From Balanoglossus misakiensis (taxonomy: Eukaryota > Animalia > Hemichordata): a DNA stretch of 64,000 nucleotides. The translations under genes and the position numbers were made by a program. Each line of letters opens with the position of its first letter. Positions within the stretch are counted from its first letter, which is position 1. Below are positions 49,367 to 62,416 of this stretch, piece after piece. Where the stretch lies: positions 9,455,337 through 9,519,336 of the forward strand of contig CM082586.2 of assembly GCA_040954595.2 (NCBI GenBank), written 5' to 3'. A model generated the notes under the pieces. The model was not told the origin of the DNA. It saw only the letters and a list, made by a program, of their open reading frames with translations, and did no database searches.

Positions 49367-51101
49367 GCAAGTTTTCTATGACTACCACTACTATATTGGG
49401 TTTTTGGGAGAATTTTGTAGTAAACACAGACAGACTTCAACTGTCCATTAGTATGTGTTTTTGTCAGTATTAAAGTTTTCCCCAAAGTTGTGCCCAATTT
49501 GTGTGTTCCAGTGTGGTTTGTGTGTGAGAGCCAGTGTGCCTTAAACATTTCATACAACACTGCCTACTAACAATAGTCATATCAATCTGACAAGGGAAAA
49601 TGAAAAAACACATCTTTTCAAACTAGCTTACTGTGCGGACCAATTTCATTAAGCTCCATTGAACAGCTATATTTTCTTGAATTCTGGTTTTATAATTAAT
49701 TTTGATTGATTGACATGTGTTTTACATCTAAATGCATCGCTTTGGGAACATTTTCTCGTATGTATGAGATTATTAAATTGAACTTGTATATTTGCTGAGG
49801 GCAACTAAATGTTCAGTAAAGATGAGGAATGCTCAATGTTTGGATTGTCTTCAAAAAGATGACAACAACTCAAGTCTCAAAAACTCTTTGTTTTGAATTT
49901 TGAATTGTTTTTGTTGCATCAGTAACGACTTCACATGTGGATGCCACATTTTGATTCTTAGCAAATGTATTTTGACAGAGAGGAGTCCATTCCTCAATCA
50001 TATCACCCCGCAAACTGCCTGAACTCCAAAAACTTAGCGACAAAGCGTGAAGTACAGATGGTACCTATGAAGGATTATGCGGCTGATCCACACCACATGA
50101 TACTTCTCAAAGGTTATCAACTTGCTGGTAGGTATCTGTTGCTATGCAAATATTTGCTATCATACCATCCAGATTCTAAAGTTCACAGGTCAAATATATA
50201 ACTTGTTTACGTGGCCATTTACAACCAATTCATCATTTTGTGGTTTGTTAAGATTTTTATTACTCTAAATTGGTACTTCCATAAAATGGTTGTAATATTT
50301 ATTACACATCACGTATTGTTATGCGCTCCTGGTTGGCTAATACTAAATATGACAGAACTTCATAACCTCTGCACACGATCTGAGGCTTAAGGAAGTTATT
50401 TTCGCGAGTGATGCAGTGTCTTCTGTTGCAGTACTTTCACAAGCCAAGCATTTTATTCCCCATCATTTCAATGCCTGGCCAATGAATTACACATCCTCCT
50501 GAAAATTGCTGGTAGGTGAGAAATCAGTTTCCATGGTTGCATCCTGGATGAAACACTGGTACAGGTTCAAGACAAGTTTAGTGATCGATATTGTGTAAAT
50601 CCACAGAAGAATTTCACATCAACTGTATAATCTTCTATTTTTCTCATGATTGTGTTTCAGAAAAATCTGTGTCAAGTGGTGATACATAAGAGGTTGCCAT
50701 CGTGAAACCTAAAACCATAGCAACCACTTCAGTGTCTACAACCACTACCACAACACAGCCACTGAAACCCGCATCAACAGTTACCATGTTTACAGCATCC
50801 ACCTCCAGTATGACCTCAAATCCTCTCAAATCAACTGTTGGAAGTTCAACTCCAGGTAAAGTCTCCAGTGTTGCTTACGAGTCATTTGTCATAATTAGAC
50901 CACCAAGTGAAGTGTGAGATATTGAACACCTATTGCCTGGCCATGAGGGCCATAGCGGCCGTTTATTACACCCGAGGGGCTGTGAGTTACCAGAATCATA
51001 CGCTATTTCCCTCGGCCTACGGCCACGAGGGTGTAATAAACGGCCGCTATGGCCCGAATATAGGCCAGGCTATAGGTGTTTTATAATAAACCTCATGCTA
51101 A

Positions 51102-51838
51102 GGGAGCATTCATTTTTTACAGGGAGGGGGGGGGGGCGGTGGAAATCAGGGGGGGGGTTTACTTTTACAAAGCAGTTTTTAGGGGGGGACAAATTTTATA
51201 ATCAAGGGATTATTATATAGGGACTGAAAGGGGGGGGACTTGAAAACTTTGACGGCTAAATATTTATTTTGAGTCCACAAAAATGCAGTTTCGCGTCCTT
51301 TATTTTACAAAATTTTCTAATGTGGGAGGGGGACACCCCCTCCCACACCAACCCCCTCCATTCATCAACACCTTTCAATCATTGACTGGTTTATCTAGTG
51401 TCCCAGGTCAGGGGACTTGCCCCCACCCCATGATAACTTTGAGCGGCGACGTTAATTTGCTTTTGCTGGGTTCATTAAAATGCAGCTTTGAGCTCTGTAT
51501 TTTATAAAATTTTCTTACGTGGGAGGGGGACACCCCCTCCCAAACCCACCCCCTTCAATTCTCGGTTTACAATGTCTCCCAACACAGAATACAAATACTT
51601 AAAAAATAGAAACAATGTTCAGTTTTAATACCCACTGATGAGGGGAAATATCGGTTTCAAATTCTTTTCATGGGAGCGCTGTGTCCATGATAAGTTTAAT
51701 CCGGTGGATAAACTTTTTTTTTTTGGGGGGGGGGGTCACATTTTAGAAAAGTAATTTCCAGGGGGGGTTGCCTTTTACATTTAGTTGGCGACTCAAATTC
51801 CACCGGCCCCCCCCTCCCTGTAAAAAACGAATGCTCCC
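51102..51838. mobile_element. PIF/Harbinger-type MITE nested in the Crypton, TAA TSD, G/C-run-rich TIRs
   Basis: TAA|GGGAGCATTCATTTTTTACAGGGAGGGGGG...CCCCCCTCCCTGTAAAAAACGAATGCTCCC|TAA. The empty site GCTAACAG is seen at 9357-9364. Confidence 0.85.
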
Positions 51839-52030
51839 TAACAGTTTATGTTTGCAATATTGAACAAGTTTAATTAAATACCTTGAATACGAAATACAAT
51901 AAATTCAACATGAACGGATGCTATAACCCGAATAAAACAGCTTACGGCTTATTATAATGTAATATGCAAAATTTGGTAAGCTGACAAAGTACAACTTTTG
52001 ACAGTCAATTGGCTTCGGATTCCATAAAGC

Positions 52031-53392
52031 CTAATTGTTGTGGATGTTGACGACGCATCCATGACAGTTATAGTTCACTACTTTCTTACTACCGCTCACT
52101 TCTTGTTGAGTAACAAAATTAACCGGCGGCGGCGGAGAAGAAGTAGTCAGTTCACTCAGAAATGACCGTTGCAAGGGCGATGCCATTATCGGAGCTAGCG
52201 ACGACTGCGGCTGTTCTATTGTTTGTGTGCCTTCTATCTGTTCGTTTGTCGACGAACTTCCTTGAATAGCACTGGAAAGTGTACGGCTCATTTCTCGCTT
52301 CTTGTCTTCACCAACTCTGCTATAACTTCTGATACTGGTCTCTGATTTGTGACCACTAACTCCCATGATATGCCGTGCCTCGAAGCCTTTGTCGTCCAGC
52401 GTTGTCACAGTGGTAGCACGCAAACAGTGGTTGGTGTACGTACGAGAACATTCAGGTTCGACAGATATTTTCTTCATTTTGTCGGCGAGCGTATTTTTAC
52501 CAACTGCTATGCTGTCATACCAAACAGAGTCATCTTGACTTTTCAGTGCTGGTTTTGGTCGCTGCCAAAAAGCCTCAGAGTTTGGGTTTAGCTTTGTTAA
52601 ATACAATTCAAAAGACCAAACTGGACATAGCGAGTTTTCAGGAGTCTCGTACATCCTCCCTCCTTGACTCATTTCCGCGTCGTCTATACAGCCACGGTGA
52701 TTTTTCGTCAGCATATCTTTACAGAGCGACACATATTTCAGGCCCGTTGAATCACGTTGGACGACGAAGTGCGACTTCGTCATGTTACGTAGATTTTCGC
52801 GGCCGCGATTGCATAGATACATCATAATATCAACGAAAACCTTGTTTTGTAACCCGCGTGGCGTTGACTTGTCAAGTGCAGACGACAACATCATTTTTGT
52901 CATGTCATCTTTGGTAACGGGTTCTTTATGTTGCGTTGCACCCTTACCCTCGCCTTTCAGTTTTACAAGCATTGCAGTGAATACATCATTGGCAGGCTTG
53001 AAAATCTCACTGTGGATGATGTCGGTGCCGCACTGTTTCAGAAAATATCGTTGTAAGCCATATCGTATTGTTATCATTGACTTACTCGAATACAGCTGTG
53101 CGTTGTTCTGTCAAACCCCAGCGTAGAAATCCCGCAGCGTGAGACACAAATCGGCTGGCGCAGTCTTTTCCACGTCGGATATGGTAGTACCAATTTCTTC
53201 ACAAAACGAAGTAAAAATCCTCGTTGCGTATTGAATTACATATTTGGTGTTACGTGAATCCTTGTTGTCGACAAGGTGTTGCAGTTCTTGCTCCGACAAA
53301 AGGGAAAATCTTGCAATTTTCTCTTTAGGTTGGCATACGACATCTTCAGCGGTGGCCATTGTGCTAGCAGACGACGCGACGCTGATTGACAT
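52031..53392 (-). pseudogene. CryptonA tyrosine recombinase (DUF3504/ZMYM/KCTD1-like), one in-frame TGA at 53111-53113
   Basis: NRGRENLR (R), LTKNHRG (K), LCPVWSFELYL, TNHCLRAT (HxxR) and SGHKSETSIRSY (H, Y). The two ORFs are in the same frame. Confidence 0.88.
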
Positions 53393-54367
53393 GACCCTGT
53401 GACGTCACGTTGGTCACGTGACCGGTTTATATTTTTTCTGCTATTGCCCTATCGGTTCATAGTCGATTCTATTTTCCTATCACGTGACGGATTCTGGCGA
53501 ATCACGGCACAGTATTAGCATGAGGTATATTATAAAGTAGAATATTGCCATGTTGATCTTCACTACAATATTAGTTAAAGTTATATAGCACTCTGTGATC
53601 AACGAGTTGAAAATACAGCATGAGCTGTAGTCCCCTTCATCAGCTGTACACGTAGAATGAACAGAGAAACAGAGAATCATGGGGTATTCAAAGTAGGAAA
53701 TATGTGCAGGACCAGGTGCATCGATCAGAAATATTTCCTACAGTGGATTTTCTATCTGAGGATGGTGACTTCATGACCGCGATATGTGCCCTTGAGCGAG
53801 GCACTTTACTTCTCATTGCTCTTGGGAGACTGGCTTTGTAGAGGTGATTTGCACCTGTTCTAGTCTTTCTACTAGACAAATTTTCTGTGTTTGCGATTGA
53901 TGAATTACTGTCTAATGGGAAATTTTTGTAAACTTCGCGAGAACCAACAAATGCGAATTAAAAAGTCATATAAAAATGTTTTTCAGGGATATTGGTGCAG
54001 TTAGTGAAATATAAGAATGCGAAATTTAATTGTAGCATAACAGCTGTCTCTATTGATATTGCGAAAATTTCTTGTCACAGAAATTTCCCGTTTTACAGTT
54101 CATAAATAAATCAACTAGATCTTTTTACTGCAGATGCCACACCAACTAATCATCTGTTACCTGGACGACCAAGTCAAATTGGAAGTCAGTCTCCACAACA
54201 ACTGTCGTCCTCTCAACAGAAACTGATTCAACCAAGTCAGCCCCAGATGCAGGGCCAAGGTCAAAGGTCATCAATGCCTTTTGCCCAGCCTACCAGTTTA
54301 CCAAACCAACCAGTATCCACTGTCACAGCAAACAGGACTCAACAACCCAATGTGACTGTTTCAAGTA

Positions 54368-55556
54368 CAGTGGAACACCGATTATCCGAACCTGTTGGGC
54401 GGGTTAGATTTTGTTCGGATAATTGATTGTTCGGATAATCGATTTTGGCACGTCCGAACAAAGGAAATTGACCACACCATTGGGGCATGCATATGTTACG
54501 ATGTGTCCCACATGCACATGCATTTTCCATGCACTCACAAAAAGAAGTTAATATAAATAATAAAACACAATTCGTCTTCTTTTATATAAAAAATACATAT
54601 ATTAAGAGTTCAAAAGGTTAAGAAAGAAAAAAAGACGAAGTCAAAGCTGCAATGTTCTGATTCGTTCAACATCGTATGTAGCCGGTCATCGTACCAAACC
54701 ATGAACGTGCGTAGGCCTTCCATGGCCACGGTAGATTTCGCTAGAGCTGGTGTCTCGTTCTCTTTATCGTCCTAATTTTTCATGCCATGAGTTTATTTCT
54801 GAGAAACAAAGTCGATGATTTCATCATACGTTAATGTTTCGAAGCTGTCATAGTTCTCGCTAGTCTCCAAATCGTCGATATCAGTGACATTCAAACCAAG
54901 CAAAAGAAGCTCTCCGCACGAGGTCACTTCCGCAAGTGACGTCTTGGCTGTCATTCATATCGGCGCTGCCATGGTCACCGACGGCGACCCGACACGCCTT
55001 CACTGTGTCGCGGAATGAAGTCCATGCGTTTGAAAAGCCGTGTCTTTGATGTTGACACCTCGGACGATCTCCGCCGTCTGCTCGCACGAGTCGAAGACGG
55101 GCGATCTCATCCAACCCATGGCTTTCATTTGTATTATCAACGACAGTGCTAAGCTTATTTCGGCGATAAATCTACTTCACACTATCAAAAAATTGACCAA
55201 AGCCGTGCCGACGCGACAAGTGACTTTTCGTGTTTTACACTTGAGTGTGAAATCCTAGTGTCGAATGTTACGATACCCGAAAGTGTGACACTCTGTTGTC
55301 GTAAAATGATTGAAATATTCAATCATAAAGACATTTTTAACACGTCCCACCGCCCTTTACAACAGAAACAATTAGAACTGACCCAAGAAATCTGTCCGAA
55401 ATGACAGTTTTCCTGCGGAAATATCACAGACCGCCGAGAAAACAGGTGCTTGGCATGGCTAATTAAATGTTCAGGGACCGTACCCGGGACCGTACCAAAG
55501 CGTTCGGATAATCCGAAATTCGGATAATTGGTGTCCGGATAATCGGTGTTCCACTG
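54368..55556. mobile_element. Non-autonomous pogo/Tigger-like Tc1/mariner element inserted in a MED25 pseudo-exon, TA TSD
   Basis: TA|CAGTGGAACACCGATTATCCG...CGGATAATCGGTGTTCCACTG|TA. The empty site TCAAGTATCCCC is at about 40539-40550. Subterminal TCGGATAAT repeats. Confidence 0.85.
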
Positions 55557-57589
55557 TATCCCCATGAGACAATTTTGTCCACCCAGGTACAGTTGTGGTC
55601 TACCTTCTACTTTTTGAGATTCAAATTAGCTGTTTCTAGTTACCCATCCTGTGAATTGAAAGCTTTTTATGACTGTATCGCATAGCCTTGTCTTACCATT
55701 GTCTACACAGTAGACTATTTATTTTCAAAACACATTCAAAACTTCTGTTTTGGTTGCAAAAAAGCCACTCTGTAAATGGAAAGACTCTTTGGATAATGCC
55801 ACAGACTCATTAATCAAATTCAATTTTTAATGTGATTAATGTTGATAAGCCCTAAAACCCGATCCCTTCCAAATGTGAGTATGTGTGTTGAAAATGGGAC
55901 TTTGAGAGTTGTAAGCTCAACATCGATTCAATTTTGTTGAAAATAGGACTTTGAGAGTTGTAAGCTCAACATCGATTCAAAAATTGAAGTCATGAATTAA
56001 AAAATGTGGTTTTGAATACTGGTCTTGATAATGCTTCATATTAACTTGGTTTGTTACTCTTTTTGGACAGGCAACTTCACCACCAAAGATGACTTCCCAG
56101 CATGTGCCAGCTGCTGCACTGAAAGCCACAGAGGGTGTCATGCAAATGGCAAATGCTAGTCAGTTCAGTAAGATGCCACAAATTGCTGCTGTGAATTCTA
56201 TCAACTAACAGCCACAGCAGAGATGGCCAGGTACAGATTCAAAGCCACAACGAGGTAGGTACAGTCAAACCTGTCTACAGTGGCCAGTCAAGGGACTTTC
56301 CTAAACTGGCATTTATAGACAGGTGGCTTCTATAGATAGGTCAGTTAATGTGCAATGTACATGTACATGAAATGAAACAAAGTTGCCACTATAATAGAGG
56401 TGGCCACAAACACAGATTTGACTGTCATATATGTTATGTTGCCATGGCAGTCATTTACCATTAGTTTGAATATACTTTGCCAAAACCTGAGGAAAAAATA
56501 TTCAAGTTCCCCTTTTCGTATTCCCCTATCAATGGTATAATACAACAGTGTCATGGTAAAATTTTGTGACATTTTTGCTAACTGCTAAAGCCCAAGTAAC
56601 ATTGTTTTTTTCAGTATTTTTCAGCGAAGGAATTAACCCTAGTTTCTTGTTCTGCTATGGATAGCTTTATGAAATGTTCAGTCTTTAGCTTCTATACAAA
56701 ACTTGTACATGAGTAATGGCCATTGTGAATATTAAATGAACTCAGACGAGAATTCATTTTTCAACAATAACAATGCTGATCAATATATAAAACGCCTTTG
56801 TTTGAAAACCAAACTCTGAATAAATTCTTAATGTTTTACAGAGTAGAATAAAGCTGATATCCAAAGTTAAGGTTGAAGTTATTGACGTTTTAATACTACT
56901 GTGTTTACTTATCAGCAGGTATGCAGTCAACGATGCGAACAGGAGTGCAGTCAACACAACCGACAGTACCTAATGTGAGCGACAGCAAAATCCACCTGTC
57001 ACCACTGGCACCAATGTTGTTCCAACTCTGACACAGCCACAAGTACATGTACAAAACCAGTCATTGGTATGTTATGTTATGAGCTGAGTTGTAATACCCA
57101 CCTATCCCTTTTGCCTGGCAAGTGACAGTTTATCACTTTTCAGTATTTCAATGGAACTGTATTTGGATAATTTGTTACCTAACATGACATCAGAAGATGG
57201 CAGCTTGATGTCTTAACTGAGGACATTGGATGACCAGTAGATAAAGATTTTCTTTGATATCAATGACATCAGACGCAGTTCCGTTGGCATTCAAATTTCC
57301 AGCTGACGGGGAATTTCAGCAACGTGGTGCAAATGACGACTGTGCAGATGAATACCAAGATGCTGTTGAGGCACCATGCCTGATACATATTACCTGTCTG
57401 GTGGTTCTAAAGTATAAACACATCCGGAAAAAAATATTTTACGGGATACCAATTGCGACAAATTATTCCCATCTTGTTATAAATCTGAGCCCAGGTGTCT
57501 TTGGTGTGAGATTCCAGTAGTCAAGAGTAGGCTTACCTTGAATAATGTAATGCTTGTAAATAATTTCTAATTTCTTCTTACCCTCCAGA

Positions 57590-59800
57590 TATGAATGTCA
57601 CAGTGGTGGAAATGCGTGCCAACACTATTGTCAGAATACCCATGGTAGTTATCTCTGCGCTTGCAGACCAGGATTCTATCTGCTGGAGGATGGCTATGCA
57701 TGTGGCGGTATGTAACTGTGGATATTGATCTCTTCTGTGGCTACACTTTTTGGGGATTGTATATTGCTATGGTTACAATCAGCTAAACACACATCCTGTC
57801 AGTCCATTGCACACATTTTAAAATTTGAAATCAACCGCACACTCGTACTGAACACATGTTTGTTGAAATTGTATCTCAGAATTTTTCCATTTATAATTAT
57901 GCATAATATAAACAAATTAACAAATGTGAAATTTTATCTTTGAAAATGTGTTTGCAAGGGTGAAAAAGTAATCTGTTTTTTTAAAAATCAGACAAAGTTT
58001 TGCTGACAGGGTACACGAGTTTCAGGGGATTTTGTTAAAATGAGTACGGGCAAATCAACAGCTATCAATGGATGCACCACAGAAGTAGGTGTTGGTTCAA
58101 AACGCCTTTGGTACTTACAATCGTCCGGATCATATCAAAACGCGATGTGTTTGAATGCGACTGCATTTACTGACATCGAGAATGGCGGCCACATTGTGAT
58201 GACCGCGTCGACCGATGCGCGCGATGAACGTACGTGACTGACCTCCCTTGTCATGATCTTGCGTGTTTTGATATCTGCACGTCATCTCTGACGCATAAAG
58301 TAGTCGGAACAGCGAAAGGTTTTCACAAATTTTGTCAAAACTGCGTCGAAATGGCTTTCTGACATTGACTTCCGTGTCTACGCTGTGGACTCACTAAGTA
58401 TGACTGTTCAATGACGTTTTATGAATGGACCAATCCGGTTACGTATGGTAATGCGTCCCGGGTCAAAAGTCAAGTATTGTACTTCGGCCAGTAAAACTTG
58501 CAAGGGTTGTAGATTGCGGTGAATAAATATAAATAAATCGTGGAAAATTTGTATTAAAATCGTGATCTCTAAAAAAAGAGTGAGAACTTGATTTTGAGTG
58601 ATATTGCAGTACAAAATTACAAAAAAATACTTTTTATTCCTTGGGGAAGTGTTAATTATTCAGAAAAAAAATATATTCTGAAATTTTCCAACTTCAGAAT
58701 TTTTCCAACTGCAACAGAGGATATGATTATTTCATCAACTAACATGTAAAAGTTATTTAAAAAGTCAACTATGTCAATTAATGCATTATCTGGAAAGATA
58801 CCTTTTACGTGTCATGAATTACTATAGTTAATATATAGATAAAGGCCTTCATGCAATATTACATACACCAACACTTCATTTTGCAGTACGTGAGCTGCGG
58901 TGTACTGGCTTTTGCACTTGTCTGAGCTGCAGAAAGTCTTATCATATTGAAATTTACAGAAGGCATTGTTCCCTGCTGTTTTAGAGCTGTGAGTTAACTG
59001 CGTAGAGCTGCCGTTTGTCTACACAATGTTCTAAAAAAGCTGTCAAAGAGAATTTGGTCTGCTGCCAACAAATGACAGCTCAGAACAACCATTGCAGACC
59101 TGCAGATGAGCTGTGGATAGCTGACACAGCTCTAAATCAGAGCTGCAGCAGCTCTCTGCAGATCTGCAGGTTTGGTAAGGGATGTAGATGGTGAAAGGAC
59201 GTGACAAGACTCGAATCTGAATCAGAATATGAATCTTGGGCTGTGGAACGTGAAACGTGAAACTTGAAACGTGAATCTTGAATTAGGCTTACCCTAATTT
59301 TTAATGGGTATATTCTTGATAACTCATCACCATGAATGATCATTTCAAAACTTAACAAGGCATATGGCTAAAGAGGATTCAGTGTTTGTGCACCTTCTAT
59401 CTGCAATGCTGGATCTATTGACAGTTTTCAAAGGGGTTTAAAGACTCGTCTTTTTATTCAGTACTTTCTATTTCATTCCATTGCTTTTTTGGTTAATAGG
59501 GACTGTCTTTCAGAACTCTTTGGTTTGTTTCGTGTTTTTAAGTGTAATTTATTATCCTTTAAGCTTTCACTTGTTTTCTAATTTTATTATTTTCTGTAGA
59601 AAATGCACTGAGATGTATGTGTATTATGTTTGTCAGGAAATAAATAATAATAAAATTAAAAATAATAAACTCTTTGATTTCAGATGTCAATGAATGTATG
59701 GAGAGAGCAGATCTTTGTGTAGGCCAGTGTGTGAATACAGCAGGCTCTTTTTATTGCACTTGTGTTGTGGGATATTGATTGGTCAATTGAGAGTGTACAG
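57590..59800 (+). pseudogene. Two calcium-binding EGF pseudo-exons (57590-57707, 59684-59800)
   Basis: Phase-1 exons: [36 protein letters not shown] (4 nt shorter at its start than the duplicate) and DVNECMERADLCVGQCVNTAGSFYCTCVVGY*LVN*EC with two stops. Confidence 0.8.
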
Positions 59801-62293
59801 GTAAGACCAGCACAATATGTGGGCAACGAAAGGTCCTGTATCTGTAACTTTTGAATTTTTATTCAATATTATTCTGGGTGTCACCCATCATTTCTTGTTC
59901 AGCTCGGTGAAGCTAGGTAAGCAATGTTGTTATTGTTTAAACATTGTATTCAAGCCTGGGTCTGGACTTGGATGCAATTTGTCAATAATAACAGTGATTG
60001 GTAACTGCATGTTTACATAACTGGCTAACTGTTAAAAAGACCAGCTGTTCTATTTGGTGTGTGTACAGTACACATGCCATTGGCAGCTTATGGCTCAGTC
60101 AGTGTTTGCCTGTTGATTTCTCTATGTGTGTGTGTCTGTCTGTCTGTATATGTACTCCGGTGTAGACTTTTTTATTGTGTTATCCCTGAATGGGACCACT
60201 GTGTCCTTAACGCGATGTTTTACACTCGGCAGCGATATTTTGTCTAACACGAGTCAAAATATCCCCAACTCGTCTGAGAAATCTTATCCCAGGTCCTAAG
60301 GTTGTGAGACTAATAGAATCTCACACTCCCAAGGACTTGGGATCATATTTCTCACATGTGTTGAGGATTTTCTGTCCCAAACAAGCTGCAGGCGAATGTG
60401 GGACAAGATATCCCCGACGAGTGTGAGAAATACGATCCCAGGTCCTTGGTGTGTGAGATTATTTTTCTCACACGGTCACAAATTAGCCAAATTCGTTAAA
60501 TAAATGACTCTTGAACTGTCATCTGGTACATTGTAGATTCAGTATCGCGTCATTGGATAACATTTAGCACATGTTGTTAAAGAACTCTTTGTCATCCAAT
60601 CAGCGCTCGCATCATATACAGCTCTCGATTCAGTGAGAATGTGGGATTGATTTGTTCTCACACTCTGATCCAACACTCTCAGCATGCCAGGAGTGTGAGA
60701 ATCTATTACGAGTTTGAAATCTTAGGTGAAGAGTTTATCAATTTCACTGCCAACCCTGTAGGGCATTCTGGGATATGTGTTCATGCCAAAGCACAAACAG
60801 CCATGACCTGACAGCTCAGTTTGTAGATCATTTCTAAAAATCCACAAAGAGACTCAAAGTTTAGAAATGTTGTGTCGGTTAGAAATATTAGACGTATCAC
60901 TGTTAATACTTTATTTCAAAGCCATGTGAATTTGTTCACATTAGGGAAATTTTTTAAAGGAAGGGAGGATTGGTATTGACTTGAATAATTACAATGGATG
61001 TATTGTCCACCTCTATATAGTGCCCACTTTATTCTAGTCCCTGTGTAATTTATATCTACATTAATTGACTTTTCTACCAGGTATAATGGCCACCTGTCTA
61101 TAAAGGCCAGTTTAGGAAAGTCCCTTTACTAGCCATAATGGACAGGTTTGACTGCACTTGTGTTGATTTCTGTCTGTAATACGTGTAACACAATCATAAA
61201 ATTTTTCATAAAGAGGGCACACTTCCAAAATAAGGTGTCATCTCCAAGCAGACAATGTGAAAAAGGAGGCCGGTAGGTTACAGAGTACTGCTCGAGCTCA
61301 TCTACTTTGTTGTATACATGATACAAGTTGCGTGTAAAACTGACCTTACAATAAAATGTGGCTGTCGAAAGTCTGTCCCAACTATAGTGTTGATACACAA
61401 GACAAAGTTTTTACTCTTTGACCAACTGGCCTCATGTTTGCGTCTTGGAAGGGCACCCTCTTTATGAAAAAGGCATATGATATCACTACAAGGAATAAAT
61501 TAACATGATAGAACATTGCTGATTAATGTCATAGATCATGATAACATGAATGCATAGCAATGTTTTGGTACAATTTGGTACATAAAGAAATGGACTACTG
61601 TGACAGTATTGACTCTGGGAACTATGTAGATGATTCCCAGCCTCAAAATTCTGACTTGCTTCACCGTTGGAAGAAGTCAGTTTTCAGGTTAACATGTATC
61701 TTTGTACAGAGTGTGGCATTAGTGAGTGGTTGCATCACATCAATGCATGACAAAAGGTCATCACTGTGTAAGACTCAGAAATAGATTTTGAATACAAATC
61801 CTATTAAACAAAATATTCTAAAATTTACATGTTATTTTAACACCTGTTTACTCCTATAAAAGTGAGTGCACGTGTTTTCGAGGTCTCTTCAATTCAGAAG
61901 CCACTGTGTAGGCCTTAGTTGGTGCATGCAGCTCGTAGACTTAGAAATTAAGTTTGGTTCAACTCAAACGCTTCAAGTCCAGTTGACCATCTCACACTTC
62001 TGACACTGGTGGGATTCAAACCAACTTCATCGAAATGACTGCAGGTGCCTAAAACCCCTTGACTGTAGGACACAAATGCCTGACAGTGATATAACTATGT
62101 TATAATGTTACATCGACAATACATACGTTTGGGGATATGTTGTCTCAAATGATCAAATTGAGACAAATTATCCCCATCTTGTTATAAATCTGAGCCCAGG
62201 TGTCTTTGGTGTGAGATTCCAGTAGTCAAGAGTAGGCTTACCTTGAATAATGTAATGCTTGTAAATTATTTCGAATTTCTTCTTACCCTCCAG

Positions 62294-62416
62294 ATATGAA
62301 TAAATGTCACAGTTGTGGAAATGCGTGTCAACACTATTGTCAGAATACCCTTGGTAGTTATCTCTGCGCTTGCAGACAGGGCTTCAATGTGCTGGAGGAT
62401 GGCCATGCATGTGCAG
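62294..62416 (+). pseudogene. Duplicate calcium-binding EGF exon
   Basis: CCAG|ATATGAATAAATGT...GCAG|GTATGT reads [41 protein letters not shown]. The window ends at the acceptor of the next duplicated exon. Confidence 0.75.

Larger units (their letters stand above)
44195..49547 (+). mobile_element. Tyrosine-recombinase retrotransposon (DIRS order, Ngaro-like)
   Basis: Overlapping gag, RT/RNase H and YR ORFs. No methyltransferase and no clear TSD are seen. Absent from the paralogous site at about 38345-38360. Confidence 0.9.
50923..53535 (-). mobile_element. CryptonA tyrosine-recombinase DNA transposon
   Basis: Boundaries come from the empty site in copy 1 (GAGATAT|AGTAGAAT at 39710-39725). 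It has a terminal hairpin plus the offset IR TTATAATAAACCTCATGCTAA / TTAGCATGAGGTATATTATAA and encodes a YR. Confidence 0.9.
36415..56555 (+). repeat. Tandem segmental duplication: copy 1 about 36415-42118, copy 2 about 42119-56555 (expanded by insertions)
   Basis: Collinear near-identical introns and exons, e.g. 38350-39717 vs 49541-50922, 39718-40545 vs 53536-54367, and 41615-42118 vs 56032-56555. Confidence 0.9.
43008..57067 (+). pseudogene. MED25: Partial MED25 pseudogene, copy 2 (exon remnants 43008-43119, 49979-50127, 50661-50855, 54133-55586 interrupted, 56071-56254, plus probable exon 56919-57067)
   Basis: Near-identical to copy 1 exons and shares the same frameshift and TAA. It has also lost the first acceptor and carries TE insertions. 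Confidence 0.8.

Noticed and set aside
52031-53392. Host ZMYM/KCTD1/QRICH1 gene or a phage integrase
   Set aside because: It is intronless, keeps the catalytic YR residues, is absent from the paralogous site and has a non-autonomous derivative, so it is a Crypton transposon.
35994-57067. Functional MED25 gene
   Set aside because: N-terminal exons and the ACID domain are missing, both copies share a frameshift and a stop, and one exon is disrupted by a transposon.
57170-57410. Possible minus-strand exon between the MED25 and EGF blocks
   Set aside because: Splice-like signals exist, but all frames contain stops and I recognise no domain.
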